62,566 bases of DNA, filler included, from 6 parts of 6 records of this genome joined end to end with filler, not necessarily neighbours in it, one strand, 5' to 3'. Numbered from the whole stretch's first letter, positions 17,506 through 27,846 are shown. Numbers and translations are program-made. The notes: generated by a model not told the origin, from the sequence alone.

Positions 17506-18855
17506 ATGTCAAAGTTCATTATAAATCGGCGCGGCCTTTTGCGTGCCGGTGCTGCGGCCGGTGTTACGCTCGCCGCCCCGATGCATTTCATGCGCGGAGC
17601 CTATGCCCAGGATATGATGTCGTGCAACATGCCAACCGGCAGCACGGTCACGCTCGGCTTCAACGTGCCTCAAACCGGCCCCTATGCAGATGAAGGCGCC
17701 GATGAGTTAAAGGCGCTTATGCTCGCCGCCAAGCACCTGAACGGAGAAGGTGATGGCGGAATGTTGAACACTTTCACGCCGAACACGCTGAAAGGCAACG
17801 GTATTCTCGGCAAGAAAGTTGAATATGTCACCGGCGACACGCAAACCAAGTCAGATGCCGCCCGAGACAGCGCCAAGCGCATGATCGAAAAGGAAGGGGC
17901 TGTGATGGTCACCGGCGGCTCGTCTTCCGGCGTGGCTGTTGCCGTTCAGAGTCTTTGCCAGGATATGGGTGTCATCTTCATGGCCGGTCTCACCCATTCC
18001 AACGACACGACGGGCAAGGACAAGCGGCGTTATGGTTTCCGCCACTTCTTCAATGCCTATCAGTCTGGCGAAGCGCTCGCCCCCGTGCTTCAGGCCGAAT
18101 ACGGTTCGGACCGGCGTGCTTATCATCTGACAGCGGACTATACTTGGGGCTGGACGCAGGAAGAATCGATCAAGAACGCCACAGAGGGGCTCGGCTGGGA
18201 AACGGTTCAAACGGTCAAAACGCCTGTCGGTGCTGGCGATTTTTCGCAGTACATCACCCCGGTTCTCAACTCCGGAGCCGATGTGTTGATCCTCAACCAC
18301 TATGGCGGCGATATGGTGAATTCGCTTACCCAGGCCGTTCAGTTCGGGTTGAAGGATAAACAGGTCAACGGCAAAAACTTCGAGATCGTGGTTCCGTTGT
18401 TCTCACGTCTGATGGCTCAGGGTGCAGGCAAAGCTGCGGAAAACATTCTCGGATCGGCCAATTGGAACTGGTCACTGCAGGATGCGGGCAGTCAGGCCTT
18501 CGTCAAATCCTTCGGTGAGGAATATGGTTTCCCGCCGTCTCAGGCTGCCCACACCTGCTACGTGCAGGCCCTGCTTTACGCTGATGCGGTTGAACGCAGT
18601 GGAACCTTCTTCGCACCGGAAGTTATCAAGGCGCTGGAAGGCTTCGAGTTCGATGGCATGGGTAACGGTCCGACACTTTACCGTGCGGCAGACCACCAGT
18701 GCATGAAAGACGTACTGGTCGTACGCGGTAACCCGGACCCGCAGAGCGAGTTCGACCTGCTGAAAGTGGTCAAGGTCGTACCACGCGCCGATGTCAACTA
18801 TGACCCGTCGATCTTTGGCGGAGAGCTTGGTCCGGCCACGGCCAAGACCTGCTGA
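17506..18855 (+). CDS. ABC transporter substrate-binding protein, branched-chain (HAAT) family, Tat-exported
   Basis: INRRGLL Tat motif, GFNVPQTGPYADEG, GGSSSGVA, TADYTWG; GGAGG RBS. Confidence 0.9.
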   Translation: MSKFIINRRGLLRAGAAAGVTLAAPMHFMRGAYAQDMMSCNMPTGSTVTLGFNVPQTGPYADEGADELKALMLAAKHLNGEGDGGMLNTFTPNTLKGNGILGKKVEYVTGDTQTKSDAARDSAKRMIEKEGAVMVTGGSSSGVAVAVQSLCQDMGVIFMAGLTHSNDTTGKDKRRYGFRHFFNAYQSGEALAPVLQAEYGSDRRAYHLTADYTWGWTQEESIKNATEGLGWETVQTVKTPVGAGDFSQYITPVLNSGADVLILNHYGGDMVNSLTQAVQFGLKDKQVNGKNFEIVVPLFSRLMAQGAGKAAENILGSANWNWSLQDAGSQAFVKSFGEEYGFPPSQAAHTCYVQALLYADAVERSGTFFAPEVIKALEGFEFDGMGNGPTLYRAADHQCMKDVLVVRGNPDPQSEFDLLKVVKVVPRADVNYDPSIFGGELGPATAKTC

Positions 18856-18863
18856 TTTTCATT

Positions 18864-18911
18864 CACATGACAAGGCCGGCACATGACAAGGCCGGGCGTT
18901 TTCGCCCGGCC
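18864..18911 (+). repeat. 16-bp tandem duplication running into a hairpin after the SBP gene
   Basis: CACATGACAAGGCCGG x2 (18864-18895); stem GGCCGGGCG-TTTT-CGCCCGGCC (18890-18911). Confidence 0.85.
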
Positions 18912-18943
18912 CCCCATTATCAACCGATGTGGATGACAGGTTC

Positions 18944-19960
18944 ATGGACGCAATCATCATTCAATTTTTAAACGGGCTGGACAAGGGCGCGGCATATTCG
19001 CTGATTGCGCTTGGCCTTACGCTTGTTTTTGGTACGCTCGGCGTCGTCAACTTCGCCCATGGTGCGCTCTTCATGCTGGGCGCCTTTTGTGCTGTGACGT
19101 TCAACGCACTGCTGACATGGCCCATCCAGCCACCAAAGGCTGACGGTGCGATGTTTGCGCCTCGCCCCGTTCCCTATATGGAATATGCGTTCGGCGATTT
19201 CGGTGCAATGCTGATCAACTGGTCTGTACCACTGTCGATCCTGCTGGCCATTCCTGTGATGCTGCTGATCGGACTGGTCATGGAACGCGGCCTGATCCGC
19301 TTTTTTTATAAACGCCCTCATGCCGACCAGATTCTCGTGACTTTCGGGCTTGCCATCGTTATTCAGGAAATCATCAAGGAAATCTACGGCGCCAACCCTT
19401 TGCCGCAGGCTGCGCCTGCGGTTTTTGCCGGAACGGCCAACATCGCGGCCTGGATCGGTATGCCGGATGCCTTCATTGTCTATCCATGGTGGCGGCTGAT
19501 CTATTTCCTGTTTGCTGCTGTCATTATTGGTGCCGTCTTTGCATTCCTGCAATTCACCACCTACGGCATGGTCGTCCGCGCCGGTATGCGTGATCGCGAA
19601 ACCGTCGGGCTTCTGGGCATCGACATCGAGAAACGCTTCACCGTTGTTTTCGGCATAGCCGCCGTCGTCGCGGGTCTGGCCGGTGTGATGTACACGCCAA
19701 TCCTGCCCCCCAATTACCACCTCGGCATGGATTTTCTGGTCCTGAGCTTCGTTGTCGTCGTGGTCGGTGGCATGGGGTCGCTTCCCGGCGCAGTCATAGC
19801 AGGCTTCACGCTTGGCATCCTTCAGTCATTCGCGTCCATGAATGAGATCAAGGCGATCATTCCCGGCATTGACCAGGTGATCATCTATCTCGTCGCCGTC
19901 ATCATCCTGTTGACCATGCCACGCGGGCTGATGGGCCGCCGTGGCGTGATGGAGGACTAG
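18944..19960 (+). CDS. Branched-chain ABC permease (LivH-like)
   Basis: [28 protein letters not shown]. Confidence 0.92.
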   Translation: MDAIIIQFLNGLDKGAAYSLIALGLTLVFGTLGVVNFAHGALFMLGAFCAVTFNALLTWPIQPPKADGAMFAPRPVPYMEYAFGDFGAMLINWSVPLSILLAIPVMLLIGLVMERGLIRFFYKRPHADQILVTFGLAIVIQEIIKEIYGANPLPQAAPAVFAGTANIAAWIGMPDAFIVYPWWRLIYFLFAAVIIGAVFAFLQFTTYGMVVRAGMRDRETVGLLGIDIEKRFTVVFGIAAVVAGLAGVMYTPILPPNYHLGMDFLVLSFVVVVVGGMGSLPGAVIAGFTLGILQSFASMNEIKAIIPGIDQVIIYLVAVIILLTMPRGLMGRRGVMED

Positions 19961-19964
19961 TCCA

Positions 19965-21110
19965 ATGCTTTCCAATCTCTCGCGCAATGACTGGCTCCTG
20001 TTTCTGGCATTTTCCGCTATTGTGCTTCTGGCGCCCATTATCTTCATTCCGTTGGGCGCGGCCTATCCTGCTCTTTTGCAAAAGTTCGCGATCTTCGGGA
20101 TCTTCGCCATCGGCTTCAACCTTCTCTTCGGTCTGACGGGGTATTTGTCCTTCGGCCATGCTGCTTTTCTGGGGGTCGGCTCTTATGCTGCCGTCTGGTC
20201 GTTCAAGCTTTTGACGATGAACGCCCTGCCTGCCCTCTTCTTCGGCATGATGTTTGCCGGACTGTTCGCAGCCGTAATCGGTTTCATCAGCCTCAGACGT
20301 TCGGGAATTTATTTCTCGATCCTGACACTGGCCTTTGCCCAGATGAGCTATAATCTCGCCTATTCGGTTCTGACTCCGATAACCAATGGTGAAACCGGTC
20401 TGCAATTGTCGCAGAACGATCCGCGCATCCTCGACCGCCTGTTTTATCCGGCAGGCGAAGGACTGCCGTCGCCGGATATGTTCGGTATTCAACTTCAGGG
20501 GTATAGCGGGTTTTACTTCTGCGCCATCGCACTCCTCATTTGTTTTTTCATCACACTCAGGATTTTCCGTTCACCGTTCGGCATGATGCTGAGAGCTGTC
20601 AAATCCAACCAGAACCGGATGATGTATACGGGTTTCAACACACGGCCCTACCTGCGTTCTGCGTTCATTATCTCCGGCATGTTTGCCGGTCTCGCAGGTG
20701 CTCTGATGGCGGTTACCGACCCATTGGCTGGCGCCGAACGAATGCAGTGGACGGCATCCGGTGAAGTGGTTCTGATGACCATTCTCGGCGGCGTCGGCAC
20801 TTTGCTCGGACCGGTCATCGGCGCTGTGGTGATCAAGTATTTCGAGAACATTTTCTCGTCATTTAACGATCAGGTACTGCACTCGGCTCTGGGCGCATTG
20901 CCCGATTTCATTGAAACACCGCTTGTGGAACTGCTCTCACTGTTCGTTGGCGATGGCTGGCATCTGACACTCGGTCTGATTTTCATGGCCATCGTCATCT
21001 TCCTGCCCGGTGGCATTATGGAAGGCGTCAAACGCCTGAAGAACCGTTTCACCAATGGCGGCGACGGCAACAAGAAAGCTGCCAGTGCCAAACTGCAGCC
21101 TGCGGAGTAG
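19965..21110 (+). CDS. Branched-chain ABC permease (LivM-like)
   Basis: [37 protein letters not shown]. Confidence 0.92.
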   Translation: MLSNLSRNDWLLFLAFSAIVLLAPIIFIPLGAAYPALLQKFAIFGIFAIGFNLLFGLTGYLSFGHAAFLGVGSYAAVWSFKLLTMNALPALFFGMMFAGLFAAVIGFISLRRSGIYFSILTLAFAQMSYNLAYSVLTPITNGETGLQLSQNDPRILDRLFYPAGEGLPSPDMFGIQLQGYSGFYFCAIALLICFFITLRIFRSPFGMMLRAVKSNQNRMMYTGFNTRPYLRSAFIISGMFAGLAGALMAVTDPLAGAERMQWTASGEVVLMTILGGVGTLLGPVIGAVVIKYFENIFSSFNDQVLHSALGALPDFIETPLVELLSLFVGDGWHLTLGLIFMAIVIFLPGGIMEGVKRLKNRFTNGGDGNKKAASAKLQPAE

Positions 21111-21114
21111 AACC

Positions 21115-21879
21115 ATGACAACAGCAAACACCGTTCTTCATGTTGCAGATGTTCATAAAAGCTTCGGCGGACTGCGCGCGCTTTCAGATGTTGACCTGGA
21201 AGTCGAGGAAGGCAAGGTTCACGCGATTATCGGCCCCAATGGGGCGGGAAAATCAACACTGCTCAACGTCTGCATCGGGCGGATCAAACCGGACCACGGC
21301 CATGTGATCTTCAACGGCGAGACGCTCGACCGGCACCAGCCGCACGAAATCAATCAGCTCGGTGTCTCTCGCGTGTTTCAGACACCGGAGATCTTTCCGG
21401 AACTGAGCCTTATCGACAACGTCATGATCCCCGCCTTTGCCCGACGGGACGGCGCTTTCAGGCTGAATGCCATCAGGGCACTTTCCAGCGAGAAGGAAAT
21501 TCTTGAGGAAGCTGAATTCGTTCTGGAAGACATCGGGCTTTCTGCCCGTCGCAACCACGAGGCCGGCTCGCTTTCACGTGGAGACAAGCGACGGCTGGAA
21601 CTGGCAATGTGTCTGATCCAGAAGCCGAAACTGCTTCTTCTGGACGAACCGACTGCCGGCATGGCCCGCCACGATACCAATATGACCATTGAGCTTTTGC
21701 AGCGGATCAAGGCGCGCGGCATGACCAAGGTGATTATCGAACACGATATGCATGTGGTCTTTTCGCTGGCCGACAAGATTTCGGTTCTCGCGCAGGGCCG
21801 CATCATTGCCGATGGAACACCGGATGAAGTGCGCGGCAATCCCAAGGTCAAGGAAGCCTATCTCGGGGAGGCACATTGA
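21115..21879 (+). CDS. ABC ATPase (LivG-like)
   Basis: GPNGAGKST, LLLDEPTAG, IIEHDM, VKEAYLG. Confidence 0.93.
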   Translation: MTTANTVLHVADVHKSFGGLRALSDVDLEVEEGKVHAIIGPNGAGKSTLLNVCIGRIKPDHGHVIFNGETLDRHQPHEINQLGVSRVFQTPEIFPELSLIDNVMIPAFARRDGAFRLNAIRALSSEKEILEEAEFVLEDIGLSARRNHEAGSLSRGDKRRLELAMCLIQKPKLLLLDEPTAGMARHDTNMTIELLQRIKARGMTKVIIEHDMHVVFSLADKISVLAQGRIIADGTPDEVRGNPKVKEAYLGEAH

Positions 21880-22649
21880 TGAACATGGTGCACAGAAAAA
21901 ACAGTTTCGCGAAGGAGCAGGCTCAGGTGTCTCAGGAACATGGCGGAGCCTATTTCAGCGTCCGCGACATCCACGCATGGTACGGTGAAAGCTATATTGT
22001 GCAAGGGGTTTCATTCGATATTGCCAAGGGGGAAGTCCTTTCGCTTCTCGGCCGCAATGGTGCTGGCAAAACGTCGACACTTCGAACACTGGCCCGGCTG
22101 GACAACCCGGCGCTCAGTCAGGGAGAAATCTGGCTCGATGGCGAACCGATGCATAACAAACGGGCCTTTCAGGCCGCCCAGTTCGGCGTCCAGCTGGTAC
22201 CGGAGGATCGCCGTATCATTGGTGGACTGACCGTGGAGGAAAACCTGATTCTGGCGCAGGTTTCCGGCGAAACAGGCTGGAGTATCGAACAGGTCTATGA
22301 TCGCTTTCCGCGCCTCGCCGAACGGCGCAGCCAGGAAGCCATCACACTTTCGGGCGGTGAGCAGCAAATGTTGGCCGTTGCCCGCGCTCTGGCGCGTGAC
22401 CTGAAGATCCTTTTCCTCGACGAACCCTATGAAGGGCTGGCGCCGGTCATTGTTCAGGAGATCGAGAGCATTGTCCGGCAGATCCGTGATCTGGGGATCA
22501 CCACAGTCATCGTTGAGCAAAATGCCGTTGCCGCCCTTCGTCTTTCCGACAGGGCCGTGATCATGGATACCGGTCAGGTTGTTTTTTCCGGCACGGCACA
22601 GGAGGTTCTCGACAATAAAGAGTTACGGGATGAATACTTGGCCATCTGA
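21879..22649 (+). CDS. ABC ATPase (LivF-like)
   Basis: GRNGAGKT, LSGGEQQM, LDEP, VEQN. Confidence 0.93.
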   Translation: MNMVHRKNSFAKEQAQVSQEHGGAYFSVRDIHAWYGESYIVQGVSFDIAKGEVLSLLGRNGAGKTSTLRTLARLDNPALSQGEIWLDGEPMHNKRAFQAAQFGVQLVPEDRRIIGGLTVEENLILAQVSGETGWSIEQVYDRFPRLAERRSQEAITLSGGEQQMLAVARALARDLKILFLDEPYEGLAPVIVQEIESIVRQIRDLGITTVIVEQNAVAALRLSDRAVIMDTGQVVFSGTAQEVLDNKELRDEYLAI

Positions 22650-22746
22650 GCCAGCGAAACCAGCAGCGCGCCATGAACAGCAAGAGGGCTGATTCCGGTG
22701 AGCTTCTACGAAACGACGGTCAGTCAATGCCCAGCACATCTCATGG

Positions 22747-22762
22747 TTAACATCTTTCTAAC
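22747..22762 (+). promoter_or_regulatory. Candidate CtrA box
   Basis: TTAA-CATCTTT-CTAAC, one mismatch to TTAA-N7-TTAAC, immediately upstream of the DUF2336 gene. Confidence 0.5.
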
Positions 22763-22776
22763 GATTTACCGTTAGT

Positions 22777-23745
22777 GTGATGCAAGCTTTGAAGACGAGT
22801 TCGAGGAGTAAGGCTTTGGTTGACCGTTATCGGGAACTTGAGGGGGTAAACAGCGCGCGTAAGCTCGATGTCGTGCTCATGGCGACAGTTTCCAGCTTCG
22901 GTTCGCTGCAGCAGCCCACAGCGGGAGAAATCCGACGTTTCGCAGAGCTGTTCGGCCCTGTCTATGAAGCCTCAAGCATGGAAGCACGGAGACAGGCGGT
23001 CGCAGCCCTGTCCGGCAATGCCCATGTGCCCCAAAGTGTCTGTCGCTTCATCGGCCGCCAGGACATTGTCATTGCTGCGCCGTTTCTGGGCCGCTGCCCC
23101 TCCATTTCCGATGACACGCTGATCGGCATCATCGAGCAGGAAAGCGAAGATCACACCCGTGCGATCATTCACCGCAATGACCTTTCCCAACGTGTAGTCG
23201 AGGCGCTGATCAGCGCTCATAAACCCAGGCTTGACGAGACACACGAAAGTGAAACTCCGGCTGAAACTTCGACGGCTCAAGATGGTAGCGAAGCCCTGCG
23301 TCAGACCCTCAAGGCCATGGCAGCCAAAGCCGCCGGTGGCGTATCCGAGGACCGGCTCGGGCTTATCACCCTCAGCGAGCTTCAGACTGCACTTCTCGTG
23401 CGCTTTGCCCGTCGCCGCGAGCACCTTATGTTTCGTGAAACGCTGGCACGTGCACTGGGTGGCGAAAGCTTGTTGGCGCAAGATATTCTGGGAGACATAT
23501 CGGGACACCGGCTGGCAACTGCGCTCGTTGCGCTCGGCATGAGCAGTGAGGATACGGCCTTCGTATTGCCGCGCGTATTCCCGCATATGACACTTGAAGA
23601 CGACGGCCATGCCGAAATTCAGGCCATGGTCGGCGCGCTATCCACGGAAAGCGCGATTGAAAGTCTGCTGCGCTGGCAGGCTGATGCGGTCGTGCGCACC
23701 GAACACAACGAAAAGAGGCCACACGAGAAGCGACGCTCTGCCTAA
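22777..23745 (+). CDS. DUF2336-family protein
   Basis: RRQAVAALS, IVIAAPFL, HTRAIIHRNDLSQRVVEAL patterns; usual rhizobial position next to DUF1491. Confidence 0.75.
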   Translation: MMQALKTSSRSKALVDRYRELEGVNSARKLDVVLMATVSSFGSLQQPTAGEIRRFAELFGPVYEASSMEARRQAVAALSGNAHVPQSVCRFIGRQDIVIAAPFLGRCPSISDDTLIGIIEQESEDHTRAIIHRNDLSQRVVEALISAHKPRLDETHESETPAETSTAQDGSEALRQTLKAMAAKAAGGVSEDRLGLITLSELQTALLVRFARRREHLMFRETLARALGGESLLAQDILGDISGHRLATALVALGMSSEDTAFVLPRVFPHMTLEDDGHAEIQAMVGALSTESAIESLLRWQADAVVRTEHNEKRPHEKRRSA

Positions 23746-23823
23746 ATTGCGTTCAGACAAGCCGGAGAGTGAATAAATTTCTGATTTGTCGCGAAGGTCA
23801 GGCTTCATCTGACCGAAAACACG

Positions 23824-24165
23824 CTAACCTTCCGGCACCACCGCAATCATATCGTCCAAATCCTCGATTTCGGCAACGACAATCCACAGATCGCCATCAA
23901 AACGGGTCTCTTTCTCCAGCCGATCCGATACGGAAAGTGAATCTGCACCACTCATACGCTTTTCAAATACGCGATCAGCGATTTCAGCAGTATCTATGCT
24001 CTGGAGAGCGGGCATGAAGAGGTTTTCCGAGCCGTCCCGCAGTGCCTGACGAATGGCAATCGCACCGGCGTCAGATGCGCCCTTCCTTTCGATCACCGCA
24101 AAGCCGCCTTCAGCGAAAACACGCCGGACCAAAGCTGAAACGAAGATATCAGAGCGCAGACGCAT
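23824..24165 (-). CDS. DUF1491-family protein
   Basis: MRLRSDIFVSALVRR, KGASDAGAI, RFDGDLWIV. Confidence 0.88.
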   Translation of the reverse strand: MRLRSDIFVSALVRRVFAEGGFAVIERKGASDAGAIAIRQALRDGSENLFMPALQSIDTAEIADRVFEKRMSGADSLSVSDRLEKETRFDGDLWIVVAEIEDLDDMIAVVPEG

Positions 24166-24180
24166 GACATATCTTCTCGC

Positions 24181-25152
24181 TCATAACGCACCGATTTCTT
24201 TAAGCTTATCAAGAACGGCAACACTTGGCTCTCCGGTAACAGGAAGCCGGTAATGTTTTTGGAATTGTTGTATCGCTTCACGCGTCTGGGTTCCGACCAC
24301 GCCGTCAACAGTCACATCGTCATAGGCGATATTGACGAGGCCGCGCTGGATTTCCACGATCATGGGACTGGCAACAGGGTTTTCAGCGGTAGTGTCGTCT
24401 GCATCTGCCGTGCTCAGTACAGCCACCACTGTTTCATGCGTTTTATCTGAAGCCTCAGGTCGCGGGCTTGGTACCGGTGGAGCCGCTTTGGGCCCGGACG
24501 ATTTCAGCACTGTGAGCAGCCCCTGGTCGGCCTGACCGGTCTGTGGCAGATTGTGATCGGCCTGAAACTTTTTAATCGCGTTCCTTGTCAGCGGACCGGT
24601 GAGACCATCCGCCTTCCCGCTGTAATAGCCAAGCTCCGCCAATTGCTTCTGAACGGCGATCAAAACAGCAGCTTCATCCTGTATGGGCTCGGCAACCATT
24701 ACATCCGGTCCACCGGTAACCGGCGTCGACTGAGTGGAAAGCTCCGGAACCGGAGGATTTTCCTGCACCGACTTCAAAATTGCCACCAGGTCCGCTTCGG
24801 TATCCTGACGCTCAGATCGTGAGCGCTCGACCGAACCTGTGAGCGTATCTTCATCCCGCTCGATCCGGAATGTTTCATAAGTCTGCTCGTCTGTCTGCGG
24901 GCGCTGTCCGGGCACCTGATAAGGATTTGAGGGCGCGCGCGTTTTCAGCAGCGGGCCCGGATGCGGGCCGGGCTGATACCAAAGCGCATTGGCCGATACA
25001 AAACTGAAAACCACACCAAAGACCATCGGCCCGGCCACCCAAGACGGATGACGCGCAGCAAACCGGCCGGTCTGCACCATCCACCTGCTGAAAAGCCCGG
25101 GCGACTTTTTCTTGCCGCGTCTGGTTTTCTTTTTAACCGTCGTCTTCGCCAT
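24181..25152 (-). CDS. Membrane-anchored protein with two peptidoglycan-binding (PG_binding_1) domains
   Basis: NALWYQPGPHP after a TM segment; VQKQLAELGYY..DGLTGPLTRNAIKKFQ and DGVVGTQTREAIQQFQ. Confidence 0.88.
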   Translation of the reverse strand: MAKTTVKKKTRRGKKKSPGLFSRWMVQTGRFAARHPSWVAGPMVFGVVFSFVSANALWYQPGPHPGPLLKTRAPSNPYQVPGQRPQTDEQTYETFRIERDEDTLTGSVERSRSERQDTEADLVAILKSVQENPPVPELSTQSTPVTGGPDVMVAEPIQDEAAVLIAVQKQLAELGYYSGKADGLTGPLTRNAIKKFQADHNLPQTGQADQGLLTVLKSSGPKAAPPVPSPRPEASDKTHETVVAVLSTADADDTTAENPVASPMIVEIQRGLVNIAYDDVTVDGVVGTQTREAIQQFQKHYRLPVTGEPSVAVLDKLKEIGAL

Positions 25153-25690
25153 CAGTCCTTATCCGCATCTGTCCTGGCGTTGCCGTTTCATGGGATCTGC
25201 CCAAATACTGTCGGTCAGCCCTCGCCTTCGACGTGCATAGGCATATGCCATGACGACTTAACGAAGCGTAATGCTGACGGCCATTCAAAACCAGTGTTCC
25301 AAGTCTTTTGCAATCGGCCAGAGACATCAAAAATCACGTTTATGGTTAATACAGCAAAAACATTCCGATAGCTGCCAGAAAGCTCCGTTCCGCCATAGCA
25401 CCTGATTTCCAGGGGCTTTCGAGCATACCCTTTTTAAGAGTAAAACGCAGAACAAATGTAACCATGAGCAGCACATTCCCATTCTTAGCGGCTCATTTAC
25501 CAACTTACGATAATACCAAAATCGCAGGCTTGGCAGATTGCGTTTCATCTCAATGATCAATGCAAATGATCCAACGTTCTGAAAACTGCTGTTCGGCACC
25601 ATCGGGGCAGCAAGCGCTGTAAGGTGAAATACCAGGCTGTGTCAGACTTGGTGGCACACAGAAGAGGGTCTTTAGAGGCGAGCAACATTG

Positions 25691-26248
25691 ATGAGATTTC
25701 TTTTGAAGTCAGCATTCATGATCTTCCTGCTGCTTTTGGTCGTGCCCTTTTTCGCGCCTTTTTTGCTGGAAAAGCCGGTTACGAGCGAACAGGCGGCTAT
25801 GCCAAGCCCCGAGGATATCGGTGGTGCCGTGTCAGCTGCGCGTGGTACAATCGAATATATGAGCGGCATCTGCACCGACAAGCCGGAGGTCTGCGAAGAT
25901 GGTGCTGGCATTCTCAGCTTTCTGGGATCACGCGCGCGGCAAGGCGCGGAAATCGTTTACATCTATCTTGGCCAGCATTTCGATGACGATAAAAAGGCGA
26001 CGTCGGAAAAGGTGACGAAACCGTCTGATACCAGTCAACAGGCCAGGCCTGAGAGCGGCACGGCAGAAACCGGACCTCCAACGCAGGATATGGTGATGAC
26101 CGGAGCCATCGGCGACACAAGTAAACCTGCGGCCCCCGCCTTGCCAACCCAGTCACCGGGTCCGGTTAATCCGACCCCGGACCGCATTGAAAAGACTTTG
26201 GATGGCGTTCTCGTGGATGTTCCCATACCGACCCGGCGTCCGCGATAG
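25691..26248 (+). CDS. DUF5330-like protein
   Basis: MRFLLKSAF hydrophobic start, ICTDKPEVC motif, RARQGA, C-terminal VPIPTRRP; upstream of sufE. Confidence 0.7.
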   Translation: MRFLLKSAFMIFLLLLVVPFFAPFLLEKPVTSEQAAMPSPEDIGGAVSAARGTIEYMSGICTDKPEVCEDGAGILSFLGSRARQGAEIVYIYLGQHFDDDKKATSEKVTKPSDTSQQARPESGTAETGPPTQDMVMTGAIGDTSKPAAPALPTQSPGPVNPTPDRIEKTLDGVLVDVPIPTRRPR

Positions 26249-26325
26249 CAGGTTTTTGAAGCCACGGTTCAAAACGGGGCCCAACATAGCTATATGAAGA
26301 CTATCGCGAAAAGAGATGCAGGCAC

Positions 26326-26754
26326 ATGACAACAGAACTTGAACAGATTATTGACGATTTTGCCTTTCTGGATGACTGGGAAGACCGCTATCGCTATGTC
26401 ATCGAACTCGGCAAGGCCCTGCCCGATCTGCCGGAGACCGAAAAGGTTGAGGCCAACAAGGTTCATGGCTGCGCCAGCCAGGTCTGGCTTGTATCCGACA
26501 CTGCACAAGGCGCCGACCCCACAATCAATTTCCGCGGCGATTCGGATGCTTTTATCGTGCGGGGTCTGGTCTCGATCGTGCTCGCCGTCTATTCAGGTCG
26601 ACCGGCGTCGGAAATCGCAAAAACCGATGCAATTGCCACATTCCGGCAGATCGGGCTGGTCGATCACCTCTCTGCACAACGCGCCAACGGATTGAACGCA
26701 ATGGTGACCCGCATTCGCGAAATCGCCACCTACCGCCTGTCCCAGAACGCCTGA
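26326..26754 (+). CDS. sufE: SufE cysteine-desulfuration protein
   Basis: WEDRYRYVIELG, VHGCASQVW, DSDAFIVRGL, HLSAQRANGL. Confidence 0.95.
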   Translation: MTTELEQIIDDFAFLDDWEDRYRYVIELGKALPDLPETEKVEANKVHGCASQVWLVSDTAQGADPTINFRGDSDAFIVRGLVSIVLAVYSGRPASEIAKTDAIATFRQIGLVDHLSAQRANGLNAMVTRIREIATYRLSQNA

Positions 26755-26762
26755 GCATCACT

Positions 26763-27287
26763 TCATCTTTCGCGGAACAAACCAGACAGTTCAGGACGGA
26801 ACCCCTCATCCCCCCAATGGCGAATCCCGTCCCTGATGCTTTGCGGCCTGTAATGTCGCGTAAGCACCTGAAGCGCCGTGCGCACCATCAGCTTTGCAGA
26901 GCGCACCGGCCACTGTCGCTCGCGTTCGATCTGCTCCAGCCCCTTCTCGAAACAGCAAAAGTCCAGTGCCACATCGGCCAGTTCCGGACCAAGTGCGATC
27001 AGGGCATTTGTCACCCTTTTGCGCGCATCCATTGCCATTTCAGAAGGCTCTGTATCAGCCCGCATACCGGCAGTGCGCGTCTCCATACGCGGAGCAAGAG
27101 ACGCCGTGATATGCGGCTGCATCAGCGCCAGCGTAAAATCCCGAGCCAGCGTCTCACCGGCATCAAACGCCTCCCGCGGTAAAAAAAGGCCCCCATCACG
27201 GTTCTTAAGCCGTGCCAACAGCGATAGCGGTGTTTTCTCGCCCTGTCGGCGTCGCGCATTATCGGAAAGCACAATCTTTTCAACCAT
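26763..27287 (-). CDS. DUF6456 protein (GafZ / C-terminal half of GafA-like GTA regulator)
   Basis: TPLSLLARLKNRDG, AGETLARDF, ALGPELADVALDFCCFEKGLEQIERERQWPVRSAKL..AL..L.RHY; start overlaps the stop of the upstream HTH gene. Confidence 0.82.
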   Translation of the reverse strand: MVEKIVLSDNARRRQGEKTPLSLLARLKNRDGGLFLPREAFDAGETLARDFTLALMQPHITASLAPRMETRTAGMRADTEPSEMAMDARKRVTNALIALGPELADVALDFCCFEKGLEQIERERQWPVRSAKLMVRTALQVLTRHYRPQSIRDGIRHWGDEGFRPELSGLFRER

Positions 27288-27720
27288 CGTTATGCTCCTC
27301 CGTGCTCGCCAGGATTGAAACTGACAGGCGCTCGATGGAAGCAACGAATTCATCGAAGCTTCGATCATCACGCCGGTCTTCAATCACGCGACACGCATAA
27401 GCAACCGTCGTGCGATCCCGTCTGAACGCCTGACCGATCTCACTGAGAGAAAACTGCAGCGCGACATGACAGACATACATGGAGATTTGGCGGCTTTGGG
27501 AAACCTTTTGGCGACGTTCGCGGGTTCCGCGATTGCAGGTTCCCGCCAGATGCCCCACTTCCTGTGTGATCAACCGCACAACGCGGCAAGCACGCCTCAG
27601 ATCGGACTGCCTGCTACTGGCCTCTGCCAATCGGTCTGCACTGACTACGTCCCTATGCTGCCAATCGTTAAGCGGTGTTTGTAAACCAGTGAAAATTATT
27701 CGATCCATGCTCACTATCAT
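27280..27720 (-). CDS. DnaA-C-terminal-like HTH protein (GafY / N-terminal half of GafA-like)
   Basis: RQISMYVCHVALQFSLSEIGQAFRRDRTTVAYACRVIEDRRDD. Confidence 0.82.
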   Translation of the reverse strand: MIVSMDRIIFTGLQTPLNDWQHRDVVSADRLAEASSRQSDLRRACRVVRLITQEVGHLAGTCNRGTRERRQKVSQSRQISMYVCHVALQFSLSEIGQAFRRDRTTVAYACRVIEDRRDDRSFDEFVASIERLSVSILASTEEHNDG

Positions 27721-27731
27721 CCTCGCCTTAA

Positions 27732-27846
27732 TAGGATTAAATTCTTACATGTTTTATAAGAGCGAGGGGATAGAAAAGAGTAAACAAACACATCCAACGA
27801 TTGTTTTTGCTATTCTTTATTACATATAATTAGGTTTATTTTCCTA
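27732..27846 (-). promoter_or_regulatory. Two palindromic operator-like sites upstream of the gafYZ-like operon
   Basis: TAGGAT-TAAA-TTCTTA (27732-27747) and TAGGTT-TATT-TTCCTA (27831-27846). Confidence 0.6.

Noticed and set aside
27728-27740. CtrA box upstream of gafY-like gene
   Set aside because: Spacing is TTAA-N5-TTAA, not N7
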